NCBI RefSeq assembly: GCF_006345805.1
Contig: NW_021833972.1
Coordinates: 1-52,346 of the forward strand
From: Octopus sinensis
Lineage: Eukaryota
Direction of reading: 5' to 3'
Length of the DNA stretch: 52,346 nucleotides
Part shown: in pieces, positions 11,873 through 26,086 of the stretch
Numbering within the stretch: the stretch's first letter is position 1
Layout of the letters: each line of letters opens with the position of its first letter
The notes under the pieces: generated by a model
The model's input: only the letters and a program-made list of their open reading frames with translations
What the model was told of the DNA's origin: nothing
Databases searched by the model: none
Made by a program: the position numbers and the translations under genes

Positions 11873-12203
11873 GTATATATGTATATATATATATGAATAT
11901 ATGTATATATGTATATGCGTACATACATACCTGCGTGGATCCATATATTTAGCGTTAATGAAACTATATTTCAAAATTGAATTGTCGACGAAGAAAATTT
12001 TTTCGACTTCACTCAACCAAATCTGGAGATATGCAGTTTGTGGGTGGGGGGGGTCTTCGGAACATTGCTGCTGACAATTCTAGAAGTGCTTATACTTTAT
12101 TTGTGTCTCTTCCTAAATCAGATAATCTTACCAAAATATTTCGCAATGGAAAACGGAACGTGAACGTTTTCATCACATGGCCATCTTCGTTGTAACATAT
12201 ATA

Positions 12204-12286
12204 TTCTAGCAAAAACTGTCCGATGAACGGCAACGGGACACTCAGAGTAACAGGTTCTGTTGAATTTTCTGCTGCTTTAAATAAAG
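12204..12286 (+). mobile_element. Short 3' fragment of the Penelope-like element at 35451-38458 (degenerate HHR)
   Basis: Matches ~38300-38384 with the core mutated (CCGAUGA, GGGACAC). Ends at AATAAAG followed by (TA)n. Confidence 0.85.
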
Positions 12287-12305
12287 TATATATATATAGA
12301 GAGAG

Positions 12306-12369
<64 letters not shown>

Positions 12370-12389
12370 TGATAGATAGATAGATAGAT
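12306..12389. repeat. (GATA)n microsatellite
   Basis: Direct inspection. Confidence 0.95.
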
Positions 12390-13011
12390 GCATTCATTTT
12401 TCCATCATTCAAGTTCGCCATCCTTACACACTTACACGCATGCTTACATGTATCGCATCATTTCATACATACATATATGTATATACATGTATGTTTGTTT
12501 TAATATGGGTATAAAAGATATTGCGTTTCTATGTGTGAATGCTGGCGAAAACAGAGAGAGGGGGGAAAGAAAAGCGGGCAAAGAACCCTGTCGGAAGCCA
12601 TCCAAGAATAACTAAAATTGGTCGCTCGTTTCCTTTCTCTAATTCTTCCAATGTCGATTATATAAATACAGTAAGTGCCTGTGCAATTTGACAATATTCT
12701 TGGCCTGAAAACTTCATTAGATCGAACTGAATAGTCAGTCACCAGCTATCAATAAGTTGTTTACCGATAAATTTCTCTTTGTTGATTTACCACCTAATCT
12801 ATAGTTTTTTCTCTCCTCTTTTGGCTATAATCTAATTTTTGACTAATTATGGTGTTTTTAGTTCTCTGCAGTCTTTATGGATTTAGTTAACAGAAAGGAC
12901 AACGTTTGACTGTTGCTACTACAACTGCTGCAGATAGTGTTAAAATCAGGCTCACGCTGCCTCACCATTTACTCAGTGAACATGTAATGCATTGTAGTTA
13001 TTTATAAAGTA

Positions 13012-13411
13012 CTAGCAGTATCGCCCGGCGTTGCGCGGGTTTTGTAAGGGAAATAACTATATAAGCATTTTTAGAGAGTTATAGCCAAAAAATAGCAAAA
13101 AATTGCATTAAAAATGGAAAAAAATTATGGTAATTTCTTTAAAAAATCGTTGACTCATCGTAGACATTTTTAGAGAGTTACTTCCCTTATATAATAGCGA
13201 AAAAAATGCATTAAAATGGGAAAAAAATGATGGTAATTTTTTTTTTAAATCGTAGACTCATCGTAGACGCGCGCTAATACCCAGAAGGGCTCGATATGAA
13301 TCACGACTATAAGATACCTGGTTTTGGTTAAACTGCACCACAAAATGTGGGAGTAGTTAGGAATCTAAATCGTAGGAGACAGACACACAACTTGACTTTT
13401 TTATATAAAGA
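13012..13411 (-). mobile_element. Non-autonomous Helitron
   Basis: On the minus strand: 5' TC, 3' CTAG, subterminal hairpin CCCGCGCAACGCCGGG, inserted between A and T. Second copy at 49760-50062; this copy has an extra internal ~100-bp duplication. Confidence 0.85.
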
Positions 13412-13886
13412 TATCTCTGTGTTTGGGTACACCTAGGTGTGTATGTAGGCATGTATTTATTTGTATGTATACGCTACATAAAAGCAGGCATACGCACACA
13501 GATGCATAGGCACATCAAAGCTGCATGAAAAATCGCAGCATTTCATTTGTACCGCATTTCTATTACCTGGGAAATTATGTACATATAATCATACTACACC
13601 GACACAAATATACCATAGTTTCTACGCATAGTGATGTATTTTAGCCAGCCAATGTACTGCTAAATACCAAGTATTGTATAAAAAACACTCAAATATTAAA
13701 TCTCCTCATATCATAGGGAATGCAAGAGGATTACGCGATGAATTTAGGTCTATCTTCTAATAAATATTGAGTTAAAGAAATTCTCCATGTACAAACAAAT
13801 ACCATTTATGTTCCGAAGAATTGCACAAATGTGTGTAATTGTGGGAAGATATATAAATATGCATATGTAATACATAAATATATATA

Positions 13887-14030
13887 TAGTTGGAATTTAC
13901 TAAAAAAAGAGAAGAAGATAGGCGTCTAAACAACAAACAGATGTCTTAGTTTAACGCTCGAGAATGTGAGAAAGTCTTTTACGTTTCGAGCCTACGCTCT
14001 TCAACAGAAAGGAACACAGAAATAAGCAGA
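13887..14030 (-). mobile_element. PLE-tail-like repeat with minimal HHR-like motif (non-canonical core CUGUUGA) at 13976-14011
   Basis: CUUU-CUGUUGA-A-GAGC-GUAG-GCUC-GAAA-CGUA-AAAG. Related copies at 1716-1738 (5' half), 15691-15800 (3' half) and 32588-32625. Confidence 0.6.
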
Positions 14031-14065
14031 GAGAGAGAGAGAAAATAAATAGAGAAAATACATAC

Positions 14066-14103
<38 letters not shown>

Positions 14104-14186
14104 CGGAGTAAGCACATAAAAGTGAGACAGAGTGGGAAAAAGAGTACTAAAATACCAGAGGCAGAGTAAAATGCTTTATTTCAAAG
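14104..14186 (-). mobile_element. Extreme 3' tail fragment of the Penelope-like element
   Basis: Reverse complement resembles 38378-38458 (AAATAAAGCAT..TACTCT...GGTATTT.AGTACTCTTTTT). Flanked by (TA)n. Confidence 0.75.
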
Positions 14187-15011
14187 TATATATATATAAA
14201 TACACACACACATAACCTGGTCTGCCAAGCTATATACACTTACACGCACACAGCCAAACAAAGCACACATGCACACACATGTATGCATGTACAAATTCCA
14301 ACATATGTGACACCTTAGAAGAAGCATTAGGAGTAAGTCTGGGTTTTATAAAGCTTTTACCATATTCGAATATTTAAAGGCATTGGACAAGGTTGATACT
14401 CGTTGCCCTGAGCGACAGTAAATGCGAACAGGCCATGCCAGGTCTGAGTAAGTTTATTTTATTATCATGCAAAGACATGGTTGAGGAACCATGGTATCGG
14501 TTCAACCAAAGAGTTTTGAGTAAAATTTGATAGTCGATAGCTGTGTAAATTCCGTCAAAGGGGTTATACCTTGTCTTCGTGGGGTGGACGGACCATATTT
14601 GACCCTGTCCAATTTATCGCCACCTAATGGCTTTTCAGTGCCTTTCGCGAGGTGCTCTCAGTTCAAAACTTTCGGATGAGGTTTCCTGCCGGGAAACATC
14701 TACCTCGCAGCGCTCCTTAAACATTGGTATGGCGCTGCAATTCCTGTTCCAATACACCATTCACAAAATTTCAAAGAATCAGGAAAGGACATAATACGCA
14801 ATAAGCTCTTTTCTGAGAAATAGTTCGAATTTACACAATTAGACTCGCGGATCAATAAACATGACTTCTGGTAAGTCTAACACGAATCTAAATTACATAA
14901 ACAGAGACTAACAACTCTGCCAATATATCAAATTTAATTAAAATAATTAGCAGGAGTCGTTTCAAAGAAAACATCAATTTCTTTCGCTTTTTTTCTTTTC
15001 TTTTTATTTAC

Positions 15012-15132
15012 CAAATGTGAGCAGCAACAGAAAGAACAGCAACGTTATATCACCAGCCTTTATCGATCCATCAAGAAATATTTTGGGATCACTTGAAGAA
15101 TCGTCATCAGTTTTCTTTGCGTGAAGAATCAT
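15012..15132 (-). CDS. Candidate exon A (ATG to donor) encoding an acidic N-terminus and hydrophobic segment
   Basis: MILHAKKTDDDSSSDPKIFLDGSIKAGDITLLFFLLLLTF followed by G|gtaaat. A strong upstream acceptor sits at 15211. No homology recognised. Confidence 0.3.
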
Positions 15133-17206
15133 CTCCACAGCCGTGAGTGTGGTATTTGGTACAATTGAAGTAAATATTAATGGCTTCTTTTGTGTTTTGC
15201 GTCTTTACTGCTAAAGTTTAAAGGGGAAACAAACAAAAACCTACACCGTTTTACAAAATAAACTGAGCTGCCAAAGCTGATCTTTTATCTTTTATCAATT
15301 GACTGCGGCCATGCTGGGGCACCATCCTAAAAAAGTTTTAGTGGAATGAATTGACCCCAGTACGTTTTTAATTTTTGACAAGCTTGGTACTTATTTCATC
15401 GGTCTCTTCTTGTCGAACCGTTAAGTTACGGAGACATAAACACACCTACACTGGTTGACAATTGGTGGTAGGGGACAAACAGACACATATTCGTTTACTT
15501 GTTTCTGTCATTTGACTGTGGCGTGCTGGAGCACTACCTCAAGGGGATTCTGTAATTATTCTATCGGTGTCTTTTGCCGAACTGCTACATTACGGAGTTG
15601 TAAATACACCGGCATCGGCTGTCAAGCGATAGTGGTAGTGGTGGTGGTGCGGGACAAAAACTGACACAAATGCACAAATATATACATATATCGAAACGTA
15701 AAAGACTTTTCCATTCTTCCCGACCGTTAAACTAATACACTTCTTGTTCCTACATCTGTCTTCGTCTTTTGTTTTTTCTGTAAATTTGAACTATGTATTA
15801 TGCGTTCACGTGGCTATCCCAGTTTGATCCTGACTGAACTTTCTTCTCTCTTAGACTCACCTCTTAACTACTTCCCGAACTTTCACTACTGTTCCTCATC
15901 CACATACTAACACTCCACCCGGATTACAACTGCATCTTCGTACTCTTTTGAAATCTACCTTCATAGCTCTCATTGTCTATGAGCGTTGATGCAAATCGCT
16001 CTAATCTACCACGCATGCGCACCTTAGTTCGTTGGGATCACAATTATTATCTCCATTTGATTCAACATCCTTTTTATTGTCGCTTTCATTTAACCTCGTT
16101 TTTATAATCATCACACCATATTGGAACGCTGAACTTCCACAGATCTGGAAACAAAATTGAAAGAAGAAAGAGGAAAAATAACAATGATAATAATAATGAC
16201 GGAGCAAGTGAAATCAAGAGAATTAAAAATGGAAATGGAAATAATGATTCCAAATTTTCGCACAAAGCCAACAATTTGTATGAAGGGTGTAAGACGATTG
16301 TATCCACCCTAACGCTCTGCTGGTGCTTATTTTCCCGACCCCCGAAGAGAGGAAATACAAAGTCGTTTTCGGTGGGATTTGAACTCAGAATGTAAAGATG
16401 GACGAAGCGCGGTATTAACTGCACCCTAAACCAAAGAAGAATTTACAAATTTCTGCCGAGAAAAATCTCAAGCGGTGAATAACTAAGGTAAAGGAGAACT
16501 CCTCTGATCTGTGAAATATTGGCGGAGCGAGGCTCTCTGAGACTCAAAGGACATCTACAACAAATACAATGAGCTTATCTTACGCACAACAAACCCTAGC
16601 CATAACATTTCCATTGCCGATTTCTAAGACCATCTTTCATTTATATATATATATATATATATATGTAGACACACTTATGTATATGAAATGGTGGGGTGAG
16701 TGGGAGACAGAATGAAAGAAAATGTGCTAAGAAACAACGAAATCACGATGGATATGAAAGAAGTAAAAATAAGCAAAAGAAGAGAAAAATCGAACATGAC
16801 AAAGCAATGTCAGAAAGAAAACAATCAAAGAAGCTGCAAAAAGAAACTGGAGTGAATAAATACATAAATAAAATAATATGGCAAGTATTCTTGTTTGAGA
16901 CTGTCTGAAGATGTTGGCTGTTTCAAAAAGCAATTCTAGTCAGGCTTCCTAACGTGAAGTTGAATTGATTTCAAATTGGTGCTGAAAGGCGGAGGTCACG
17001 ATGTAACACAGTGAAAGGTTATCTAACTCGTCTAACTTTTTTTCTTCCGTGATTTTCTTGATAATTTTACTATTATTTTATCTTTTCGTAGGGTGGCGAG
17101 ATTCCATACAGTACTTGTTTATATGTATGTGTGAGTGACTCATCGTTTATTTTTGTGCCTGTTTCTGCTAATACACACACATATTTTATGCATATATATA
17201 TATGTG

Positions 17207-17237
<31 letters not shown>

Positions 17238-19188
17238 GTCTCACATCTTTTTTCTCTCTGTCGTACATATACACATACGTATAATATATGTATGTGTGTT
17301 TGTGTGTGGATGTGTGTGTGTGGGTGTTTATATAAATCGTATTTAACGGTGGAGCTTGAAGTAAATAAATCTATAGATAATAGCGCGTAACTATTGGGTT
17401 AAAACCGGCTTAGATGAAAAATAGTCAAGAGTTTTTCATCTAAGGAATTTTCAAGCCAATATTCTACACCTTATTTTTTTATAGCCTTATGCACTTCGAT
17501 TACCACTGTTAAAAAGCGATTTATTTCATGTTTCTCGAAGTTTTGAAATCCTTGTGAAGTAAACAACATGCAAATCCCGTTGATAAGAATAATGCATCTC
17601 AAATGGACGGCGAAAATTCGCAGAGTCTTTGGTGCAATATTGGCACGTCTATCATGTTCACAGAAGTGGGTTCGCGTCCCATGGGCAACCGAATTTTTCC
17701 TCTCTAAGGGATTTTTTAAACCTAATTTTCACAAGTGATTTCCTGCAACATGTCACAGCGGTATTTGGCAGTTAACATTCTGTGTCTTAATATGTCTGGA
17801 CTAGAAACCTGTTTTCAGACGACTGTATGACCAAGGGACACATGGTTGCTATTTCTGTTATGCCAAGTGACCCTATTGCGCCTTTCTCTTTTATTCTTAT
17901 GTCCATATTTTGGTTCTCACCCAAAAATAAATGTAAGCCACTTTATGTGTATACCACATGAATTGATGAAGACAGACTTTCATTCTTCACACATTTGGTA
18001 CAACTGGAATATTATTCCCATATTCTTGCTTTCCATATGCTCTCACTCGTTCAGTTTTCCTTCCTCTCTCTCTCTCTCTCTTTCTTTCTCTTCCTCCTCC
18101 CCTTTTATGCGCAAATATATTGATGTACCTTTATCTTTCGTTTTTTACTTGTTACAATCACTTGATTGCGGCCATAGTGGAGCATTGCCTTCAAGAATGT
18201 TTTGTCAAATGAATCGACCCCAATATTATTATTCTATGCATGGTACTTATTTATCGGACGCTTTTGCCTAACCGGCAAGTTACGGACGTAAACAAACCAA
18301 CGCCGGTTGTCACGCGGTAGTGCGGGACAAACACAGACACGAAGACACACTCACACAAACACACACATATCTATATATATAAAACAACATGATTCTTATT
18401 GTTTCCGTCAACAAAATCCAATCTCAAGGCTTTGGTAAGCCCGGGCAATAAGAGAAAACACCTACCCAAAGTGCCAAGCAGCAGACTGAACCCGGAACCT
18501 TGTGTTCGGGAGACAAGCTACTTACCATACTGTTTCGCTTGCGTTTACATATAAATACAGGGATTTATTAATTTTGTTGTGTTTTCTTTCTCATACTAAC
18601 AAACCATCACATCTCTCGCACTCTCTCTCGTTGTGTTTCATACATACATGATTTTCTCTCTCTAAATTGTTTCATTTTTCGAATAATTCTTCTTTTACAC
18701 ACAATATTTCACAAATATCAACAAATGATATAATCACGTCCATGCAACATGCCAAGAATTACAGCTTAATCCCCCTGAAAATCACACTGTTCCCGTATTA
18801 AAGACAAAACATGGTCACGTGCCTCCACCAGTTTTGTTTCCTAATAATCATAATGAATTATAGATTTTAATGAAATTTTGTAAACATGGTGCCCCAGCAT
18901 GGCCGCGGCCTTCGGGCTAAAACATTTTTAAGGATTTAAGGATTTATACGTTTCAAAGATAGGGATGATGATTACGCTGAGGAAAGACCTTTTAAATCAA
19001 TTCTCTTTTAACACAAGAAAAAATTGATATTTCTTTTAGACACGCAGCGCAGCATAAACATCTGTGACATAATACTTGTTAAGAATATTCTTTATCGATA
19101 TGAAATAAGAAAGCAAGTTAAACATAAATTCTCCTTTTATGCTTAGACTACTAGAATAACTTGGAATATTATAAATAATAATAAAATG

Positions 19189-19600
19189 AGATCTTTTCGG
19201 TTTGAACGCCAGTTTTTTCTAGCGGTGTCATATGAAATTGTTACCCATAATTATGACCCTAGTATCGATCTATTGCATTTCAATCTATTTTAGGGTTAGG
19301 GTTGGGGGGAAGGGTATATTTTTTTCTTCACAAATGTAAATAAACCCAATCTGTTTCTTAAATGAGGGACGTATTCATACGGCACAGGATGCTTTTTAAC
19401 TCCACAGACGTCACTGATTTGTTGAAATTGCAGAAATTGAAGAAAAGAAAACAACTCATATCTTACAAACTATAGAATTTTCTCAATAAAGCCAAGAGAA
19501 AAAGGTGTTTTATAAACACATTCTACCAGTATACGAAGTTTAAAATTTTTTAGTTACCTAGAAATTATGTTAAAAACTGCCGTTCAAACCGAAAAGATCC
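19189..19600 (+). mobile_element. MITE copy 2 (Merlin-like)
   Basis: Same TIRs; flanks ATAAAATG/ATGAAATG. Confidence 0.9.
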
Positions 19601-21590
19601 ATGAAATGTATTATTATTGTATCGATAAATAAAAATATGGTGATTAATGTTGTATATTTTCTATTTGAAGGTAAATATAAATTACGAAACTATTTTTGAA
19701 TGTATCTTCTAATTTCGTGTTAATAACGAATAAAATCAGTTAAAAATAAAATAATTTTTTTATCTTGCGTAACAATCATAAATAATTAATGATTAATTAA
19801 AAAGATATGAACTTTTCTTTCTCAGTTAAAAAATTAATTTTAACATATTCGTCATCTACTTCTTCGGAAATGAATCTCAATAGTTTTATTGACAAAGATA
19901 TGAAGGAAAAAAATCCGGTGTGGCGGTGGTGCACCGAACTATTGTTATACAACATTCATGTAATATAGTCTAACATATAGTTAAAATTAAATTGGTGTGG
20001 TCATAATTGGATCAAATCTTATCTTGTGTTCACAATCAGAATTAGCCTTAAACTTCATAACAATATTTCCATTTCTACTTCCCAACCTGCGTATGATATA
20101 TTCATTTATAATGAATGCATGGAATTATATTTCAATAATCTTTCCTTCGATGGAAAATCTTCACCCATTGAATTTCATACGATAAGCTTTAGTTCCACGA
20201 CGAATGCTTTTTTATGGTCAATTAATGATGTCCTATAAAAGTTGCTGAAGGTTAAAACCAAAACAGTCTATCGTACACAGCTTGAAAATGTTGTATTTAT
20301 CAATTCACCATGACAGTCCACAGGTGGTCGGCAACTGAAGCAGTTATGTTCACACGAAGAGCTTCCAGGCGATGCCAATATCTTTTGGCGAAGTTATTCG
20401 AAGTTATTCAACAGAATTTCTCAAAATGCATAAGAAAAGTACAACATGCCTCCCAGGTAGAAACTAAAATCAAAACGAACAAAACGCACACACACACACA
20501 AATATATATACACATGCATGCATACACACACATGTATAAATGCACACACGCACACATATATATATATACATGCATGTATGTATATGCACAAGAAAATAAT
20601 ATATACATATATATATATTTTATGTATAGAATCTATAAGTGAAATCATGTTACGTGCATATTCTAATTATGCTCTTTGCGCAAATATTATGCATTTGTGC
20701 GTAAGGGCATGGAATATCTAGTTACCTCGGTTTGTGCGTCACAGGTTCTTGTTACCTTTGTATGTGTGTGCGAAAACACGCTTCCTACATTACCGATAAT
20801 CTGTGCCGCTGACTTCCTTTCAAGAAAACCTGATACGTACGGCCATCTTTTTGTTCCTTTCTTTACTGCTCTTGTTATATGTATTTAGTGATTTGTTTAT
20901 TTTGTATCGGATTGTTAACTTTATCATAATGATAAATGCATGGAATGCATTGTTGTTCGAGAGAAATTGCAAATAGGAACAATAAGAAAAATGCCATAAA
21001 GTCATCTACATGCAATTGGTCCTGTTCTTGCAATTGCTATAACCACGCAAATTCCCCATTAAATAATTTGTGTTTGGAAATTGACAGTTTATTGTGCAAA
21101 AGTATTTACATTGTGTAATTTAGTTCCTAAGTATTACAGGGGATTGACTGGGCATCATTTTAAAATAAGGTTCAGGCAGCATCATCAGCTTTCAAGAATC
21201 TTGTAAGCGTTTCCACACAATTCTATAAAAATACATCTTATCTATAAGACATAGTATTCAAAAGCATAACATTTTTGGGGACGATGTCAGAAAATATCAA
21301 AACTTGCAATCAAGATGACGAATGTTGTGATCTTAGAATTCCAAAGACAATGAATATGTTCTTATATAGGAATTTTGTTTTAAACGTACGTACACAGCGA
21401 AAAATTATTAAGAAATATCGAAATATTTGTCGAAATATTGAAAGATCGTTGACTTACACTGAACAACCTCATTCTATATTTTTATGCGCTTTAAACAAAT
21501 AAACATTTCAGACATGAATCTTAGATCCAATATATTGTCTCTTAAATGAAAGATTTTCATTGAAATATTTCAAAATTCAGGATTAACGAT

Positions 21591-22007
21591 CTATTTCTTT
21601 ACTACCCACAAGGGGCTAAATACAGAGAGGACAAACAAGGAGAGACAAACAGATTAAGTCGATTGCATCGACACCAGTGCGTAATTGGTACTTAATTTAT
21701 CGACCCCGAAAGGAGGAAATGCAAAGTCGACCTCGGCGGAATTTGAACTCAGAACGTAAAGACAGACGAAATACCTATTTCTTTACTACCCACAAGGGGC
21801 TAAAACACAGAGGGGACAATCAAGGACAGACAAACGGATTAAGTCGATTACATCGACCCCAGTGCGTAATTGGTACTTAATTTATCGACCCCGAAAGGAT
21901 AACAGACAAAGTCAACCTCGGCGGAATTTGAACTCAGAACGTAACGGCAGACGAAATACGGCTACGCATTTCGCCCGGCGTGCTAACGTTTCTGCCAGCT
22001 CGCCGCC
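21591..22007 (-). mobile_element. tRNA-derived SINE, family B, dimer (full unit 21775-22007 plus 5'-truncated unit 21591-21774)
   Basis: Head GGCGAGCTGGCAGAAACGTTAGCACG...GAGTTCAAATTCC and tail GTGGGTAGTAAAGAAATAG. The second unit begins at GTATTTCGTCTG. Confidence 0.9.
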
Positions 22008-22471
22008 TTATCTCAAGATAGACGATCATCGAACAATACAACGTAACACTTTTAGACGACACATCGATTACATCAAGTTATTTTTTTTTCTTTATGAATT
22101 TGCATATTTAATTTATTTCTTATATTATGTTTCGTTTAGTTCCGTCACTCGACGAGAAACAAAAACACGTGGAACTTAAAACGTAATTTGCAGATGAAAA
22201 TTATTTTTATTGTTTCTTGTTCCTATTATTAATCTGTTGCATCTGTGTGTCTCTCATTCGTATAAACCTGCCTCTGTACACACATGGCCCAGACCTTAGA
22301 CGGTAAACTGAAATTACTTGGTATAAGGGGTGGGTGAGGTAAAAACAACAAAATACCGAACACCATAATCTAAAACACCTGGGTTGGAGTGCGAGGTGCT
22401 TGATATGCCGTGAGTAACACGGGGATAATGTACTGAAGACATAAGGCACATAAAGAAAGTTAATGGAGCCG

Positions 22472-22472
<1 letters not shown>

Positions 22473-22519
<47 letters not shown>

Positions 22520-22554
22520 TAATAATAATAATAATAATGATAATAATAATAGTG

Positions 22555-22611
<57 letters not shown>

Positions 22612-22612
22612 T
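22473..22612. repeat. (ATA)n microsatellite
   Basis: Direct inspection. Confidence 0.95.
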
Positions 22613-23098
22613 GATGTAATAATAGTCATCATGATGAGAAGAAAGAAAGTAAGAAAGAAAGAAAGAAAGAAAGGAAGAAAGAAAGAAAGAAAGAAAGAAA
22701 GACGTACTTTGGACATAGCAATGTGTTTGTTGTTAAGAAACTAAAATGAGCAGATTCATCAAAATAGTCTCAGATGTTAGCATCATCCTGACATTCTAAG
22801 AATGTTTAATAAAGAAACTGTGTGTAAACTTTTAAAAAAACACTGGAAAAGTTTTCGGCCGAATTCCTCAGAATTGTAACGTGAAGAATAGTTTTTCTCA
22901 GTGGTGACATTTAGTAATTCTTATATAGAAAAACGGATGATAACGTAAAGCTTCTACGGTAATCCCTGGTCATTTAAAGTTAACATGCTACACTTTCAAT
23001 TGTTGATTACATATAAATCAGCCCTAATTAACCAGAGGTATTCCACCCTTGACACTGCCTATTTATTTCACCCAAATTGCATACTTATTACCAGAAAC

Positions 23099-23544
23099 GG
23101 ATCTTTTCGGTTTGAACGGCAATTTTATTCTAGCGGTGTCATATGAAATTGTCACCCATAATTATGACCCTAGTATCGATCTATTGCATTTCAATCTGTT
23201 TTAGGGTTAGGGTTAGTTAAGGTTAGTTAGGGTTAGTTAGGGTTAGGGGTGGGGGGAAGAGTATCTTTTTTTCTTCACAAATGTCAATAAACCCAAAGTG
23301 TTTCTTAAACGTGGGACATATTCATACGGCACAGAATGTTTTTTACCTCAATAAATGTCACTGATTGGTTGAAATTGCAGAAATTGAAGAAAAAACAACA
23401 AATATCTTACAAACTATAGAATTTTCGCAATAAAGCCAAGAGAAAAAGATGTTTTATAAACACATTCTACCAGTATAAGAAGTTAAAATTTTTTTAGTTA
23501 CCTAGAAATTATGTTAAAAACTGCCGTTCAAACCGAAAAGATCC
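23099..23544 (+). mobile_element. MITE copy 3 (Merlin-like)
   Basis: Same TIRs; perfect 8-bp TSD CCAGAAAC (23091-23098 and 23545-23552). Confidence 0.93.
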
Positions 23545-24358
23545 CCAGAAACTCCAAAATGCCCCTATCACTTCGAGACTATAACATATTGTGCAATGTT
23601 ACATTTAGTCCCGAGTCGATCTACATTCTACAAAGACATTCTACATCAGTAAGGTGAAGAATGTATATTTACCGGAAGTAGGTTTTCATGTCTTCCTTTT
23701 TGTAGGACATCAGCCAAACGAAACAGTTAAGAACATCACTCGTCTGGTGATTGTATTGGTAATTCTAGCGTTCCTTAGATCTTGTAATGGTTAGCTGGTA
23801 GAAATAGGTGTTCTGCTGACAGTGCATGTGTTGTAAACACACACACACAAACACACACACACACAAATACACACACACACACACACTTTTATTTCAGATT
23901 GTTGTCACTTTATATTTTAATAGCTGTAATAGTCTGAAGCAATATAAACTTTCATTAGAGCAACTTCCTGTTAAACTGCTTCACATTTCCTCTTCTTTCA
24001 ACTCAACTTTTCTATACTTATTCACTTTCCTTTATAGTTAAACGTTTATGTATGTGTATATATATATACACACATATACAGTGAGAGAGATAGACACACA
24101 GAAATAGAGAGGTGTGAGAGTGAAAGAGTGGGAGAGATAACGTGTTCATATCTGACATGTTCCTCTCTTGTCTATTCGTATATTTTCTCACCTGGACCTT
24201 GTGCATTCTTATGTTTTCACACCTGGATACAGTTACAATTCAACATTAATTGCATGTTCTCAAACAAGCTTTCGCGATAATATCGACGACAATAATGTTG
24301 ATGATGATGGTGGGGGTGGGGTAGTGACGACGACGACGATGATGATGATGACGACGAC

Positions 24359-24396
<38 letters not shown>

Positions 24397-24513
24397 CTTC
24401 TAACATAAGCAAAGTGAAATAATTTTGGCGGAAGGTATGCCTCCCTCATTTCAGTTGTTCTTTCTTCGTCGGCGTCAAATTTGAACCTCGTCAGAGTTTG
24501 AATCAAAATATAA

Positions 24514-24926
24514 CAGGAGTGGCTGTGTGGTAAGTAGCTTGCTAACCAACCACATGGTTCCGGGTTCAGTCCCACTGCGTGGCATCTTGGGCAAGTGTCT
24601 TCTACTATAGCCCCGGGCCAACCAATGCCTTGTGAGTGGATTTGGTAGACGGAAACTGAAAGAAACCTGTCGTATATATGTATATATATATATGTGTGTG
24701 TGTTTGTGTGTTTGTGTGTCTGTGTTTGTCCCTCTAGCATTGCTTGACAACCGATGCTGGTGTGTTTACGTCCCCGTCACTTAGCAGTTCGGCATAAGAG
24801 ACCGATAGAATAAGTACTGGGCTTACAAAGAATAAGTCCCGGGGTCGAGTTGCTCGACTAAATGCAGTGCTCCAGCATGGCCGCAGTCAAATGACTGAAA
24901 CAAGTAAAAGAGTAAAAGAGTAGAAG
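24514..24926 (+). mobile_element. SINE family A, full length
   Basis: Head, internal (TA)n/(GT)n and (GAGTAAAA)n tail all present. Confidence 0.92.
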
Positions 24927-25104
24927 AGAGAGCACAACGGCTTTCATCCATCGCTATGCTGGTACCACCAATTCACTGCCATGCTTCGAATGTAACCATT
25001 GCTTTCTTCTTTAATGTTCCCACAATCTTATAAGGCGTGGTGGGCGAGGTGGAGACTTAATCGACGAAAATCAATCTGATTGGTTATTTCATTGAAACTG
25101 GAAT

Positions 25105-25316
25105 GATGGTGGTGATGGTGGTGGTGGTGATTGTGATGGTGGTGGTGGCAGTGGTGATGATGGTGGTGGTGATGGTGGTGGTGGTGGTGGTGGTGATGGT
25201 GGTGGTGGTGGTGGTGGTAGTGGTGATGGTGGTGGTGATGGTGGTGGTGGTGGTGGTGGTGGTGGCGGCGGCGGTGGTGGCGGTGGTGGTGGTGGTGGTG
25301 GTGGTAGTGGTGGTGA
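25105..25316. repeat. (GGT)n/(GAT) low-complexity tract
   Basis: Direct inspection. Confidence 0.95.
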
Positions 25317-25939
25317 TACCTATGGCAGAGGTGTCTAGTGATAACGACGATGGCGCTGGTGCCTGGAGTGGTTGTGTTGGGTGGCGGTGCTTGTAGTAAG
25401 CGCTCACTGTTGGGATGTCTAAAGTGGTTCCGTGTCTGATGCGTTGGAGTCAGCAATGGTGTGTATGAGAGTGAATGGAGTTTGTTGCTGTTGCTGTTGC
25501 TCGGCTGACTTCACTGCAATTATGTTTCGTTTACAACTTCTACCCGTAATTCGATTTTCATTATCTCCGTTGCTTTGACAAGTGAGTCTATTTACTGAGG
25601 ATCCAAAATTCTTTCTTAACACAAACCAAAACTAAAATATTTACATCAGAAAATCGCTGACGGAAAATAACTTTGGGAAAACATTCTGCACGCTAAATAG
25701 TTTCATATTTAACAAAAGAAAACAAAAAAAAAAAAGAGCGAGATACTCTGGTAAGTTCATCTCATTGAAAACTGGAGACGACACAGACAAGATGGAATTT
25801 TGTCAAATAATTAATTGAATGACTTCAGCGGGAGTCTAACCTATTTTTATTTCGAATAAATACATTCCGCTGTGGTAGTTTCCCCTCAAGTACTTCCTTT
25901 CTTTTATATTCTTCAGAACCAGCGTCACTTGACTCCTGT

Positions 25940-25983
<44 letters not shown>

Positions 25984-26086
25984 GGTATGTGTGTGATGGA
26001 GTAATTGTATGTATATAAATGTATATTCATCACTCTCTCTCTCTCTCTCTCTCTGTATATAGATGTGTGTGTGTGTGTGTGTGTGA

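Noticed and set aside
15031-15142. Plus-strand open exon-like frame ending CC|gtgagt
   Set aside because: It overlaps the better-supported minus-strand candidate, and the acceptor context is weaker.
19997-21502. Protein-like ORF fragments in unique sequence
   Set aside because: Frames are short or interrupted, splice signals are inconsistent and no motif is recognised.
24430-24500. CUGACGA on the minus strand (similar isolated hits near 15104, 21182, 42018, 46952 and 47443)
   Set aside because: No correctly placed GAAA with stems I-III, so these are not hammerheads.
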